Assembly (NCBI RefSeq): GCF_001194135.2
Contig: NC_068991.1
Span: 5,967,834 to 6,031,833, forward strand
DNA length: 64,000 nt
Source of the DNA: Octopus bimaculoides
Lineage: Eukaryota
Direction of reading: 5' to 3'
Part shown: positions 49,901 to 59,361 of the stretch, piece by piece
Layout: each line of letters starts with the position of its first letter
How positions within the stretch are numbered: the first letter of the stretch is position 1
Translations under genes and position numbers: made by a program
The notes under the pieces: generated by a model
Told to the model about the DNA's origin: nothing
Databases searched by the model: none
The model's input: only the letters and a program-made list of their open reading frames with translations

Positions 49901-51101
49901 GATTCTGCCACCTATTTAATTTTTATGCTAATTTCTACAATAAATTACATCCCATAAAATGCTATTTAGCCTCGTGTCACCCACAATCCAGCGGATCTAT
50001 GAATGAACGCGTTCCAACCATGGACTATCCCCACTTAAAAAAAAAAAAAAAGAAAGAAAAAGAAAACTAGCATATCTCAGACTACATTACCTTTTATTAT
50101 TGGGAGTGGCTAAGCTTAATTATAATTAATCTATTGTATATTCACAAGTCTTCGAAACTGATATCAACATGAAAGCAAGTTTCAGTAAGAAATTCCAATT
50201 AGTTATTTTCATAATAAAATATTGGTAACTTAGAACTTAGAGTAGTCCTACCTATCAAAAGAACACATACACAGCTATATTCACTTTATCTTATTTTTAT
50301 TTTCGATTCATATTATAAATTTAGAGTCCGAAAAGTTCCCAGTGAGTTGATTTTGCCATGAGGAGCGCAAGAATCTAACGTTTCCTTGCATTTCTTTCGA
50401 AAGAATGTACAGAGATATTGTTGCTTTGACCGTAAAATTAAGAATCAAAACATTTCGTTGCGAATACATTCACAGATCCAAGTGAAAACTATGTTTCGAG
50501 TCATGGATTTATCATAATGTATTCAGATACAGCAGACGACATCAACGGACTTTAATGTTATTAAACACACATCACCGCTTGGTAGACGAGTGTTGTGTGT
50601 AGACACATGAGATCTGAACTCTAAATCAACATTAAAAAAAGGGAAAAACAAACACGAAGCATCTGGCACGTGATGAAGCAGCAAAAGCAAACACAGAAAT
50701 ACTCTCAACTTTTTCGAAACGGACAGAGAAGTTTGTGAAAAATGCCATCGGATTATTTAATAACAATTGCCATTTGTGTGGATACAAAATTATTCCTAAT
50801 CGAAAATATATTCTGTTTAACGATAATTAAGGAAATTAGGTGTCATTAAAACGTATCTGTGTTTAATAGATCCGGAGCAATGTCTAAATAAATCCTAAAT
50901 TATCAAGTTTGGCTTGTTTAGAACTAATAATAATAATAATAATAATAATAATAAGTAAATGTCTATTTCATAACAACAGTTACAAAGTTAAGGACAAAAT
51001 CTTAATAAAGAATCGGAAACATTTTTCGAAAAAAGGATACATTTTTTGTGAATAAGGATATCTCCTCGAGTTGTTGTAATAAATATTTCGGAAATATACA
51101 T
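36719..51101 (-). CDS. AP4M1: AP-4 complex subunit mu-1 gene, 13 coding exons (1335 nt, 444 aa + stop)
   Basis: Exons on -: 51101-51041, 48885-48800, 47800-47694, 47053-46957, 46449-46336, 44400-44329, 41192-41127, 40806-40683, 39791-39685, 39247-39159, 38590-38492, 37132-37015, 36913-36719. All are GT-AG with consistent phase. Peptides such as ANVLLIYEILNEILEFGYIQ, VAPSSASSKPV, KNEIFVDVIEK and GYTCSGIQIRYLRV...YRWIRYITVSDSYVFKL align to the adaptin mu family and best to recalled mu4. Confidence 0.92.
37015..37132 (-). CDS. AP4M1: AP4M1 exon 12 (ISQQLIGPDQTIELKASNKQIVWNIKKFPGGSHLNANLR)
   Basis: attccag|G ATT...AGA|gtaagt; 118 nt; W.I.KF.GG mu motif. Confidence 0.92.
37408..37657. mobile_element. 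Degenerate Tc1/mariner-type MITE
   Basis: tacacctcttcggtttacgac ... gtcgtaagttgagaagaaggtgta imperfect TIRs. Confidence 0.5.
38492..38590 (-). CDS. AP4M1: AP4M1 exon 11 (DTCLSLQLLSHIPENTEAVNIVLRIPVPGTVS)
   Basis: gttccag|G GAC...GG|gtgagt; 99 nt. Confidence 0.9.
39159..39247 (-). CDS. AP4M1: AP4M1 exon 10 (FSAMTYRLASDPPLKPPFRLQVQEKDFDS)
   Basis: tttacag|TTT TCT...CC|gtaagt; 89 nt. Confidence 0.92.
39685..39791 (-). CDS. AP4M1: AP4M1 exon 9 (DFNSHVTMEQCSFHQCVRKEEFNTSRCLILNPPIGE)
   Basis: ttcctag|AT TTC...GAG|gtaatt; 107 nt; FH.CV and PP.GE mu motifs. Confidence 0.93.
40683..40806 (-). CDS. AP4M1: AP4M1 exon 8 (GLVSRMDVTGNINVKSFLSGNPVIKLAVNEDLTLAEQGKPK)
   Basis: ttttcag|GGG CTT...AAA G|gtaaaa; 124 nt. 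Confidence 0.93.
41127..41192 (-). CDS. AP4M1: AP4M1 exon 7 (ENRKNEIFVDVIEKMIVVITND)
   Basis: tttgcag|GAA AAC...GAT|gtaagc; 66 nt; mu-homology domain NE(I/V)F(V/L)DV motif. Confidence 0.93.
41613..41918 (-). mobile_element. Penelope-like solo pLTR with tRNA-derived head, degenerate hammerhead and inverted terminal piece (AP4M1 intron 6)
   Basis: Same pLTR sequence as the 52.5-52.7 kb copy. A box TGGCGTAGTGG (41848-41838) and B box GAGTTCGATCC (41805-41795) are present. The hammerhead at 41702-41659 has GAAA>AAAA. The inverted piece at 41872-41918 matches 52199-52243. Confidence 0.8.
42047..42500. mobile_element. Foldback/Mutator-like element with inverted arrays of 15-16 bp subterminal repeats
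   Basis: Left arm units ggaaattttgc(c/t); right arm units gcggcaaaatttcct / gtggcaaaatttcct, in inverted orientation. Confidence 0.6.
42996..43177. mobile_element. Short MITE with TAC(C/T)GTATTT-type termini
   Basis: tactgtatttaaacatgtataagga ... ttccttatacatgttaaaatatggta inverted termini. Confidence 0.6.
43640..43955 (-). mobile_element. SINE/LINE-tail family C (GGTTGGCGTTAGGAAGGGCATCCAGC core, (GAT)n tail)
   Basis: Approximate other copies: 10850-11045, 15300-15430, 15745-16140, 27560-27660, 30690-30900, 39325-39570, 49255-49430, 52790-53280. Confidence 0.8.
44329..44400 (-). CDS. AP4M1: AP4M1 exon 6 (FGIETRVAPSSASSKPVVRTAVEQ)
   Basis: gtttcag|TTT GGA...CAG|gtaaat; 72 nt. Confidence 0.92.
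45525..45982. mobile_element. hAT-type MITE carrying a nested piggyBac-like MITE
   Basis: CAGTGGTTCTCAACC ... GGTTGAGAACCCCTG; related partial copy at about 12240-12488. Confidence 0.72.
45691..45911. mobile_element. piggyBac-like MITE
   Basis: TTAA|CCCTTTAGC ... GCTAAAGGG|TTAA; related copies at about 35310-35527, 35550-35778 and a partial at 28245-28430. Confidence 0.8.
46336..46449 (-). CDS. AP4M1: AP4M1 exon 5 (EFGYIQLATTDKIKPYIQSDPVLVLANRSPAEEIASRL)
   Basis: ttattag|GAA TTT GGA...TTG|gtaaga; 114 nt. Confidence 0.92.
46957..47053 (-). CDS. AP4M1: AP4M1 exon 4 (RFFLICKDFCGVVSEDAIRANVLLIYEILNEIL)
   Basis: ttgccag|G TTC...TTG|gtaagt; 97 nt. Confidence 0.93.
47694..47800 (-). CDS. AP4M1: AP4M1 exon 3 (KEDDVTFCHIKRNGLFIMAVTTCNMSPIFLVEFLT)
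   Basis: ttttag|AAA GAA...ACC AG|gttaga; 107 nt; longin-like domain. Confidence 0.92.
48800..48885 (-). CDS. AP4M1: AP4M1 exon 2 (YRFDLDFDPKVIFLKKLRAVGNEHLLPHF)
   Basis: cag|AC AGA TTT...CAT TTT|gtgagt; 86 nt. Confidence 0.85.
51041..51101 (-). CDS. AP4M1: AP4M1 exon 1 (MYISEIFITTTRGDILIHKK)
   Basis: Matches the mu4 N-terminus MISQFFILSSKGDPLIYKD; donor T|GTATCCTTTT. Confidence 0.88.
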
Positions 51102-51216
51102 TGTTATAAAACGATCAGAGAAATCAAAAGTGGAAACATTTAGAAATTGATTTAATATCTTGGAAGATGTTGGGGGAAAATTAAAAGACTTTCCTGCTAC
51201 ACCGCCTGGCAACAAA

Positions 51217-51232
51217 TAGCGACATCTGTTGG
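51217..51232 (-). promoter_or_regulatory. CTCF-like motif upstream of AP4M1
   Basis: CCAACAGATGTCGCTA on -, resembling CCAnnAGATGGCGCT; 116-131 nt upstream of the ATG. Confidence 0.3.
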
Positions 51233-52198
51233 ACAATTAAGGGTTGCTTCCCATTTCTCTTCAGAAAAAAAATTTTCAGGCAACTTTATACTTTTATCCA
51301 TATGGAATTCGATGAAATGACTCACAGTCGTTGTCATGTGTCGGTTAAACCAACTTCGCTATTATCCTTAAATTTGTGTACTTGTGTTAAAATTAGAAGT
51401 TTATATCTAAGTAATTTAATGTGTTGAAGTTAAGGAAAAATAAAAATGTATAGAAATTTATGCTTCGATCTGTCTCTGATTGACAGAAAAAAAAAATAGT
51501 TGTAGTATAACGACATGGAAAATTTGTTCATATAGCTATGTTGGTGCTGACCCCAAATTTCAATTACAAATATAATGAGGGGAAATATAATTAGATAAGA
51601 TAAATTCAGATCAGGAAAATAAGGGAGGCAACTCCGAAATCTAAACATTGACTGAAAACAAATTGGTGATGTGGAAGGAAGTTTGATGTTAGTCAAGTAC
51701 AGTGACTGAAGGAATAAAGATTTTTGACTGAAAACCCTCAATAATTTAACAACTTATTATAGTGACACACGTAAATTTCCTAAGAACATCTTCTGCAAAA
51801 GAATATTCACTAAAATGAACCCACACCCTCCCAATTTTTTTCCTTGAGTAAGCTATTCCTAGGAAGTCTTTATTTTAAGTTGCCTAATAAATAACTAAGA
51901 TAGCAAGCTGGAAGAATCGTTAATATGTTGGACAAAATGCTTAGCAGCATTTCTTCTACCTCTTTTTGTTCTAAGTTCAAATCCTGTCAAAGTCAACTTG
52001 GCCTTTCATCTCTTTAGGGTCAATAAAGTACCAGTCAAATACTGGTATTGATATAATCAACTTGTCCTTTTTCCTGGCCTTGAACCCTGCAAACCTATAT
52101 ATTGAGAATGTGATTTCAGTCACTTATAAGCCATAGTAAACAGGTAACTGGCCTTGTAAGACCTAGGACAAAAAAAATGTAAAATAAATAAATGGTAC

Positions 52199-52720
52199 AG
52201 TTCTATATTCAAGAGATGAGGAATTATTTACATTATTTACATTTGACGGATATTTGTCCTCATCTTGTTTGTTGATAAATCGGGTATAGCTGATCATGTA
52301 TGGAAAAATGGAAACCACCTCCCCCTGTGGGATGAAGTTAAAATAATAGACAAGGAACAACACTGGAAAATACAAAAACTAAAAGAAGCAGCACATATGC
52401 TAGGACACAACAACCTCCTAAGCAGACGGAGTGCAGATATGAATAGCATATGGGAACCGGTATTGAGGAAGGATAGAAAAATAATAGATTTATAAGCCTT
52501 AAAATTCACCCCATAATTGCCCACGGGCATATGGCGTAGTGGTTAAGAGCGCGACCTGATTAATAATAATATAATAATAGTAACATCGTTAGGAATGAGA
52601 ACCCAGGTTCGAAATTTCCCCCAAGACACCTGACGAAGGCTGGAGGGTATATCAGCCGAAACGTTGTGTTAACAACAAACAAGATGAGGACAAATATCCG
52701 TCAAATGTAAATAATGTAAA
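52199..52720 (+). mobile_element. Penelope-like retroelement 3' remnant: GIY-YIG C-terminal ORF fragment, pseudo-LTR and inverted 5' pLTR piece
   Basis: ORF fragment KSGIADHVWKNGNHLPLWDEVKIIDKEQHWKIQKLKEAAHM (about 52276-52495) is typical of the PLE endonuclease end. A perfect 48-bp inverted repeat (52227-52274 vs 52673-52720) and a hammerhead motif are present. Confidence 0.85.
52625..52670 (+). ncRNA. Minimal type I hammerhead ribozyme in Penelope pLTR
   Basis: GACAC-CUGACGA-A-GGCUG[loop]CAGCC-GAAA-CGUU-GUGUU. Stem I is gacac/gtgtt and stem II is ggctg/cagcc. A palindromic ACGU replaces stem III. Predicted cut is after 52665. Confidence 0.75.
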
Positions 52721-54860
52721 TAAATGGTTTTCACTCAAAATTTCTATACAGCCTACCATAACTAATATGATCAACCCAAGCCCAATAACACATTAAAAGC
52801 GCCCATGCTGGTGCAATGTAATAAGCACCTGTACTGGCACCACATAAAAAGCACCCATGCTGGTACCACATAAAGAGCACCTGGTACACTCCTGTAAAGT
52901 GGTTGGCATTAGGAAAGGCATCTAAGGTGGCGAGCTGGCAGAAACGTTAATGTGCCGGACGAAATGCTTAGTGGTATTTCGTCTGTCTTTACATTCTGAG
53001 TTCAAAATCTACCGAGGTCGACTTTGCCTTTCATCCTTTCAGGGTCAATAAATTATGTACCAGTGGAACCCTGGGGTCGATCTAATCGACTGCCCCCCCC
53101 CTCCCTAAAGATTTCAGGCTTTGTGCCTAGAGTAGAAAAGAATAATTAGGAAGGGCATCCAGCCATAGAAACCATGCCATGACAGACAACTGGAGCCTGG
53201 TGTAGCCCTCCAGCTTGTCAGCTCCTGTCAAACCATCCAGCATGGGAAATGGACATTAAACGATAATACTGATGATGATGAGGAGGAGGAGGAGGACAAT
53301 GTATTCTTTTGGTTAAACCAATGTGTGATCCTAGATTAAAAACTTGCCACACAGCAACAACATGGAAATTGAATGCAGTATTTGCTAACAATCATAATAT
53401 CAGATCTGTACCAACACAATGAGCTGGCAGAATCATTAGCACACCAGGCAACAGGCTTAGTGGCATTTCTTCTGGCTTTACGTTGTGAGTTCAAATTCTT
53501 CTATGGTCAACTTTGCTCGTCATCCTTGTAAGATCTCTAAAATTTCAAGTATATTTGCCACCTAAATGTGGCTAACCCTTAAGGGTTGATGCTACTGTAG
53601 CTTGTAGCCCCAGGAAGATATCTCCTCCAGCTGGCTATTGACACACTTTCTGTGCCCTATCAGCATTTGCAAAGGGAAATCATCTTTTCCATTTCCAGCC
53701 TGACGCGATACACATGGACCCGAGTTTCTGGATATTGATCTGTCATCAGCATGTGACAACCACCGGTTGGTGATGGGAAGAGGTTCTCAATGCAAATATA
53801 TATATACTTTTTTCCAGTCAATACCCAGAAACTCAGGTCCGTGTCAATTTTGTGAATATATACATATATCTAAAGAGTAATGTTTGTTGCCACTTCAACA
53901 TGGCTGTTCTGTACAGAACTTCATTACAACCATTTTTTTAATCACAGGAGAATATCTCCAGCTGGTTAATGACATGACCTGTGTCCAATATTACGAGCAG
54001 GGGAGAAAACCCCTACCATCTAGCGGTTTGACAGGATCAATAGACCAGTCTGGTTTCATGGTATTTCCCTTTTGTAGCGTACACTCTAGTGAAATTCCTC
54101 TCTCCTTTGTTATATATACATACATTCGAACACAGCAGATAACAACTAGCCTTTGGGCGCTATTTGGACCCTGTTGTGTCCACCACTCAGACTGGTTGGT
54201 ATTGGCACAATTTATCTCTTACTCTATTGCGCCAATATGCAACCTAACCAATCGAAGTCTCTAAATAACATCACGTGAGACAGTCTATTCACAACCTCCA
54301 GAGATGGAGTAGGGGAGAGGAGAAAGAGAGAGTTGGGAAGATGAGGTGGGGGAGAAGTCTGGAGCACAATGAAAGTAATGGGATGAACATTTCAGGGCTT
54401 GTAGCTCTGTTGCGTTCAGTTGATCATAATTGCTTTGCACATGGTAAGTATAATGAGGAAACTAGTTGTTATAGGGAAGTGAAGATTATAATAGGATATG
54501 TGTGAGAGACAAGGCCACATTTGAAGTAAATTGTTCCTTTGTCTCTTATATAATGACATTAGAGAGGCAGGGTATGATTCCAGTGAAGATATTTTCAATG
54601 AGCCGCATTCAGTCAAAAGGGATCTTAGTCTTGCAAGCAACAAGGCAACCCCACTAGTGTTGGTGCCATGAAACAAAGCATCAAGTAGGCTTTGTAAAGT
54701 GGTTGACATTAGGAAAAGCATCTAGGCATAGACACCATGCCAAAGCAGACCTTGGAGCATGGTGCAGTCCTTACATTTATTGGTTCAGTGGAATAATGTT
54801 TGCCTCTCAAATCCTCTTTCATGGGGGCTGAAGAGATGATAGTCTAAAGGCACTAAATCT

Positions 54861-55109
54861 GGTGACGAGGAAGTGGAAACTGTAGTGAAGAAGTGGCTCA
54901 AAGAACAGTCAACAGAATTTTATGGGGTAGGGATACATGCTCTCATTCAAAGGTGGAACATTGCTATTGAGAGAAATGGTGACTATGTTGAGAAGTAGGG
55001 ATGTGATCCACAGAGGACCAGCTTCATTTTGATGTATGATACATGTTCCTGTGTTGGTAATTATACCTGTCCTAAACAAAATGGCATTACTTTTTGGCTC
55101 ACCCTTGTA
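54861..55109 (+). mobile_element. Mariner transposase C-terminal fragment with right TIR
   Basis: GDEEVETVVKKWLKEQSTEFYGVGIHALIQRWNIAIERNGDYVEK* (54861-54998); ends attactttttggctcacccttgTA. Confidence 0.85.
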
Positions 55110-55376
55110 CTAATTACATTGGACTAAATCCCATAATAATAATAACAACAACAACAACAACAATAATCATTTCTGCTATAGGCACAAGGCTTGAATTTTC
55201 GTGGGGAGGCAGACAATCGATCACATTGACCCCACTATTTGACTGGTTCTTAATTTATCAACCCTGAAAGGATGAAAGGCAAAGTTGACCTTGGTGGAGT
55301 TTGAACTCAGAACGTATAGATGGATGAAATACTGCTCAGCATTTTGCCTGACATACTAACAATTCTGCCAGCTCGC

Positions 55377-55380
<4 letters not shown>

Positions 55381-55441
<61 letters not shown>

Positions 55442-55488
55442 TAATAATGATAATAATGATAATAATAATAATAATAATGATAATAATG

Positions 55489-55531
<43 letters not shown>

Positions 55532-55722
55532 TAATAATGATAATAATAATAATGATAATAATAATAATCCTTTCTACTGGAAGCACAAGGCCTCAAATTT
55601 GGGGGAAGAGATTAAATCAATTACATTGACCGCGTGCTACTTATTAACTCAGAACCAAGCAACAGACGAAATACCACTCAGCATTTCATCCAGCGTGCTA
55701 ACGATTCTGCCAGGTCACTGCC

Positions 55723-55756
<34 letters not shown>

Positions 55757-55785
55757 TGATGATGATGATGATGATGATGACGATG

Positions 55786-55829
<44 letters not shown>

Positions 55830-55863
55830 CATGATGATGATGATGATGATGACGATGATGATG

Positions 55864-55916
<53 letters not shown>

Positions 55917-55926
55917 CATGATGATG
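55381..55926. repeat. Expanded (AAT)n/(GAT)n mosaic microsatellites flanking a SINE
   Basis: Two arrays, about 55381-55566 and 55724-55926; source of the poly-N/D/I/Y ORFs. Confidence 0.95.
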
Positions 55927-56875
55927 ATTTCTTTTAAAGAACAAAAAATTAATTGTCTAAAAAATAATTGGAATAAATGTTGTTTAAAGAAGATGCCATT
56001 GAACAGAAGGTGTATTTATAATTAACTGACATTGTTAACTTCACAGACTGATTTCAGTATATATATATNNNNNNNNNNNNNNNNNNNNNNNNNNNNNNNN
56101 NNNNNNNNNNNNNNNNNNNNNNNNNNNNNNNNNNNNNNNNNNNNNNNNNNNNNNNNNNNNNNNNNNNNNNNNNNNNNNNNNNNNNNNNNNNNNNNNNNNN
56201 NNNNNNNNNNNNNNNNNNNNNNNNNNNNNNNNNNNNNNNNNNNNNNNNNNNNNNNNNNNNNNNNNNNNNNNNNNNNNNNNNNNNNNNNNNNNNNNNNNNN
56301 NNNNNNNNNNNNNNNNNNNNNNNNNNNNNNNNNNNNNNNNNNNNNNNNNNNNNNNNNNNNNNNNNNNNNNNNNNNNNNNNNNNNNNNNNNNNNNNNNNNN
56401 NNNNNNNNNNNNNNNNNNNNNNNNNNNNNNNNNNNNNNNNNNNNNNNNNNNNNNNNNNNNNNNNNNNNNNNNNNNNNNNNNNNNNNNNNNNNNNNNNNNN
56501 NNNNNNNNNNNNNNNNNNNNNNNNNNNNNNNNNNNNNNNNNNNNNNNNNNNNNNNNNNNNNNNNNNNNNNNNNNNNNNNNNNNNNNNNNNNNNNNNNNNN
56601 NNNNNNNNNNNNNNNNNNNNNNNNNNNNNNNNNNNNNNNNNNNNNNNNNNNNNNNNNNNNNNNNNNNNNNNNNNNNNNNNNNNNNNNNNNNNNNNNNNNN
56701 NNNNNNNNNNNNNNNNNNNNNNNNNNNNNNNNNNNNNNNNNNNNNNNNNNNNNNNNNNNNNNNNNNNNNNNNNNNNNNNNNNNNNNNNNNNNNNNNNNNN
56801 NNNNNNNNNNNNNNNNNNNNNNNNNNNNNNNNNNNNNNNNNNNNNNNNNNNNNNNNNNNNNNNNNNNNNNNNNNN

Positions 56876-56911
<36 letters not shown>

Positions 56912-56976
56912 TTACTACCGTGTGTGTATATGTCTGTGTATGTGCTTGTGCCTCTCTCCCAGAGAAAGAGAGAGGG

Positions 56977-57017
<41 letters not shown>

Positions 57018-57075
57018 AATATATATATACATATGCACCTATATATATACATGTGTATGTGTGTATGTATGTATG

Positions 57076-57123
<48 letters not shown>

Positions 57124-57685
57124 CACACAGATATATGTATATCAGTGTGTATATAAATACATACATACATACATACATACATACAATATCAATATTACTT
57201 GAACATCTAACATGTTCTGTTAGTATGTCTGCTAAAGATTATGACGTTGAATTTCTCATTCTTTCTTCTTTTTTTTCCTTCTCTTTTTGTTTATTCCTTT
57301 CTCTTTTCCAAACAACAATGCTAAAATGTAACACTAAGAAAATAATACTGACTGATGTTTATACCAAATATAGAAGAAATTTGTTTTTTATGTTCATTGT
57401 TAGATTTGCTTTGCACATATTATTTTGCCTGAAGAGAATTTTAAAAATCAGTTGTCCATGAAAGACATTATGTTTATGAATAAGATGCAGCTTTTGAACT
57501 TTTACATATTCTTCATAGAGTTGTCACTATAACTTCAATGTGTTGAATTATTTGTAACCATGTTTAATCTTTGAGTACAGTTGTCATATTACGTGGTTTC
57601 CTTAGAGATAGATAACTAAGTGCTTGAAGATATATGTATATAATTTATGTTGGAGAAGTAGAACTAGACAGATTTACGTGCATAT

Positions 57686-57702
57686 GGAGAGAGAGAGAGA
57701 GA

Positions 57703-57760
<58 letters not shown>
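57686..57760. repeat. (GA)n microsatellite
   Basis: Direct reading. Confidence 0.95.
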
Positions 57761-57762
<2 letters not shown>

Positions 57763-58219
57763 AAAAGAGAACGAGTGAAAGACGGAGAGAGAGAGAGAGA
57801 AACTTTGAGGAAGAATTTAATAGTAGTAGCAGTTATACTGAGAATTTCAACTGTCAATGATGCTAAGGAAATAAAAAAAAAATTGGTTTTGGAAATAGTC
57901 TAAGAGCACAGACGTGGTGTCATCTCTACACGCTATATTAATGCTCTTGTCTACATAAAGTTGATTTTGAAGAATTTCTGTTTACATGTCGTTTACCTGC
58001 TTCAGTTGTTGAGACAAGTTATTTGTGTGTGATTTCAGACAGTTGACTGGCACCAGATAGAAAGATGTCTCTTTTAGAATTTTTGGTGGAAAATGAAACA
58101 AGCACACAGCTGTAATTAAAGGAACTTGAAAAGAATTGAAAGAAATTATTTTTGTCTGGAATATTGGTTCAAGAAAATCCTCAAAACTCAGTATTTCAAC
58201 GTTAGTAACAAGTTGTCGA

Positions 58220-58266
<47 letters not shown>

Positions 58267-58267
58267 C

Positions 58268-58298
<31 letters not shown>

Positions 58299-59130
58299 CT
58301 TTTTATTAGCCATAAATAAAACATTAAATGACATACAACAACATAAAAGACAAAAACAGGACGATACAATGGGTTTTCCGCATGTACACAATATAATAAC
58401 AATTAAAATTGAACAAATTAAAACTCCCAATAGAGGAGGCACTTTAAGGCCCTTCTGGAAAAACCCACAAAAGCCATGGGTGCCTGATCAACAGGGCAAG
58501 AGCCCTTCTTTTTTTTTTCACAGGTACACACTCAGAATTGGTCCTTTCACACTGGTCATTCTTCCAACATTCNNNNNNNNNNGTGCCTGTCTTTAGCCCT
58601 TTCAAACGGGTCCACCATACTACCTCTTTCACTACAGCCACTAGACAAGTAAAGATTGCCTGCCCCTCCCAGCCAATAATCCTTTCTACTATAGGCACAA
58701 GGCACTAGTGTAATTGGGGTGGAGGGGGTGGTAGGGACGGTCCCCCCCCCCCCAGGTGGCACTTTTGGGTCTGCTGTAGGTAATAGGTATTTTTTGTGGG
58801 ATCCAGGTGCAGCAAGCAGAAGGGCTGCCCTAGATGGCACACACTTAAGCTACACTAGTGGCACAAGGCCTGAAATTTGTGGGGAAGGGACTAGTTGATT
58901 ACATCGACCCCAGTGTTTAACTGGTACTTATTTTATGGATCCCGAAAGGATGAAAGGCAAAGTCAACTTTCACAAATTTATTGTTTTGTGACAATGCAGG
59001 AAATCAGTAATCATTTTGTTGTTGTTGTTGTTGTTTAGCGCCAGGAAACCTTTGATCTGAAGACTATCCCATCTATTTTTCATAGGAATTGGTAGAACTG
59101 TGAAGAAGTTAAATAGAATGCCTTGTAATA

Positions 59131-59361
59131 GGCAGCGAGCTGGCAGAAACGTTAGCACGCCAGGCAAAATGCTTAGCGGTATTTCGTCTGCCGCTACGTT
59201 CTGAGTTCAAATTCTGCCAAGGTCGATTTTGCCTTTCATCCTTTCGGGGTTGATTATATAAGTACCAGTTACGCACTGGAGTCGATATCATCGACTTAAT
59301 CCGTTTGTCTGTCCTTGTTTGCTCCCTCTATGTTTAGCCCCTTGTGGGTAGTAAAGAAATA
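59131..59361 (+). mobile_element. Full-length tRNA-derived SINE (family A, core GCCTTTCATCCTTTCGGGGTCGATAAA) with TSD
   Basis: 16-bp TSD AGAATGCCTTGTAATA at 59115-59130 and 59362-59377. Approximate other copies: 61-722(-, three stacked), 22963-23385, 24095-24330, 24632-24870, 36165-36355(-), 38250-38470, 42775-42935, 48515-48690(-), 51897-52085, 52925-53150, 55160-55722(-). Confidence 0.85.

Noticed and set aside
50523-50708. ORF in AP4M1 intron 1 considered as exon 2
   Set aside because: It has no homology. The exon at 48885-48800 fits phase, size and sequence.
55320-56025. Poly-Asn/Asp/Ile/Tyr ORFs
   Set aside because: These are translations of (AAT)n/(GAT)n SINE tails.
56022-57461. ORFs of up to 361 aa
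   Set aside because: They consist of N gap plus (TA)n/(CA)n repeats and have no coding signal.
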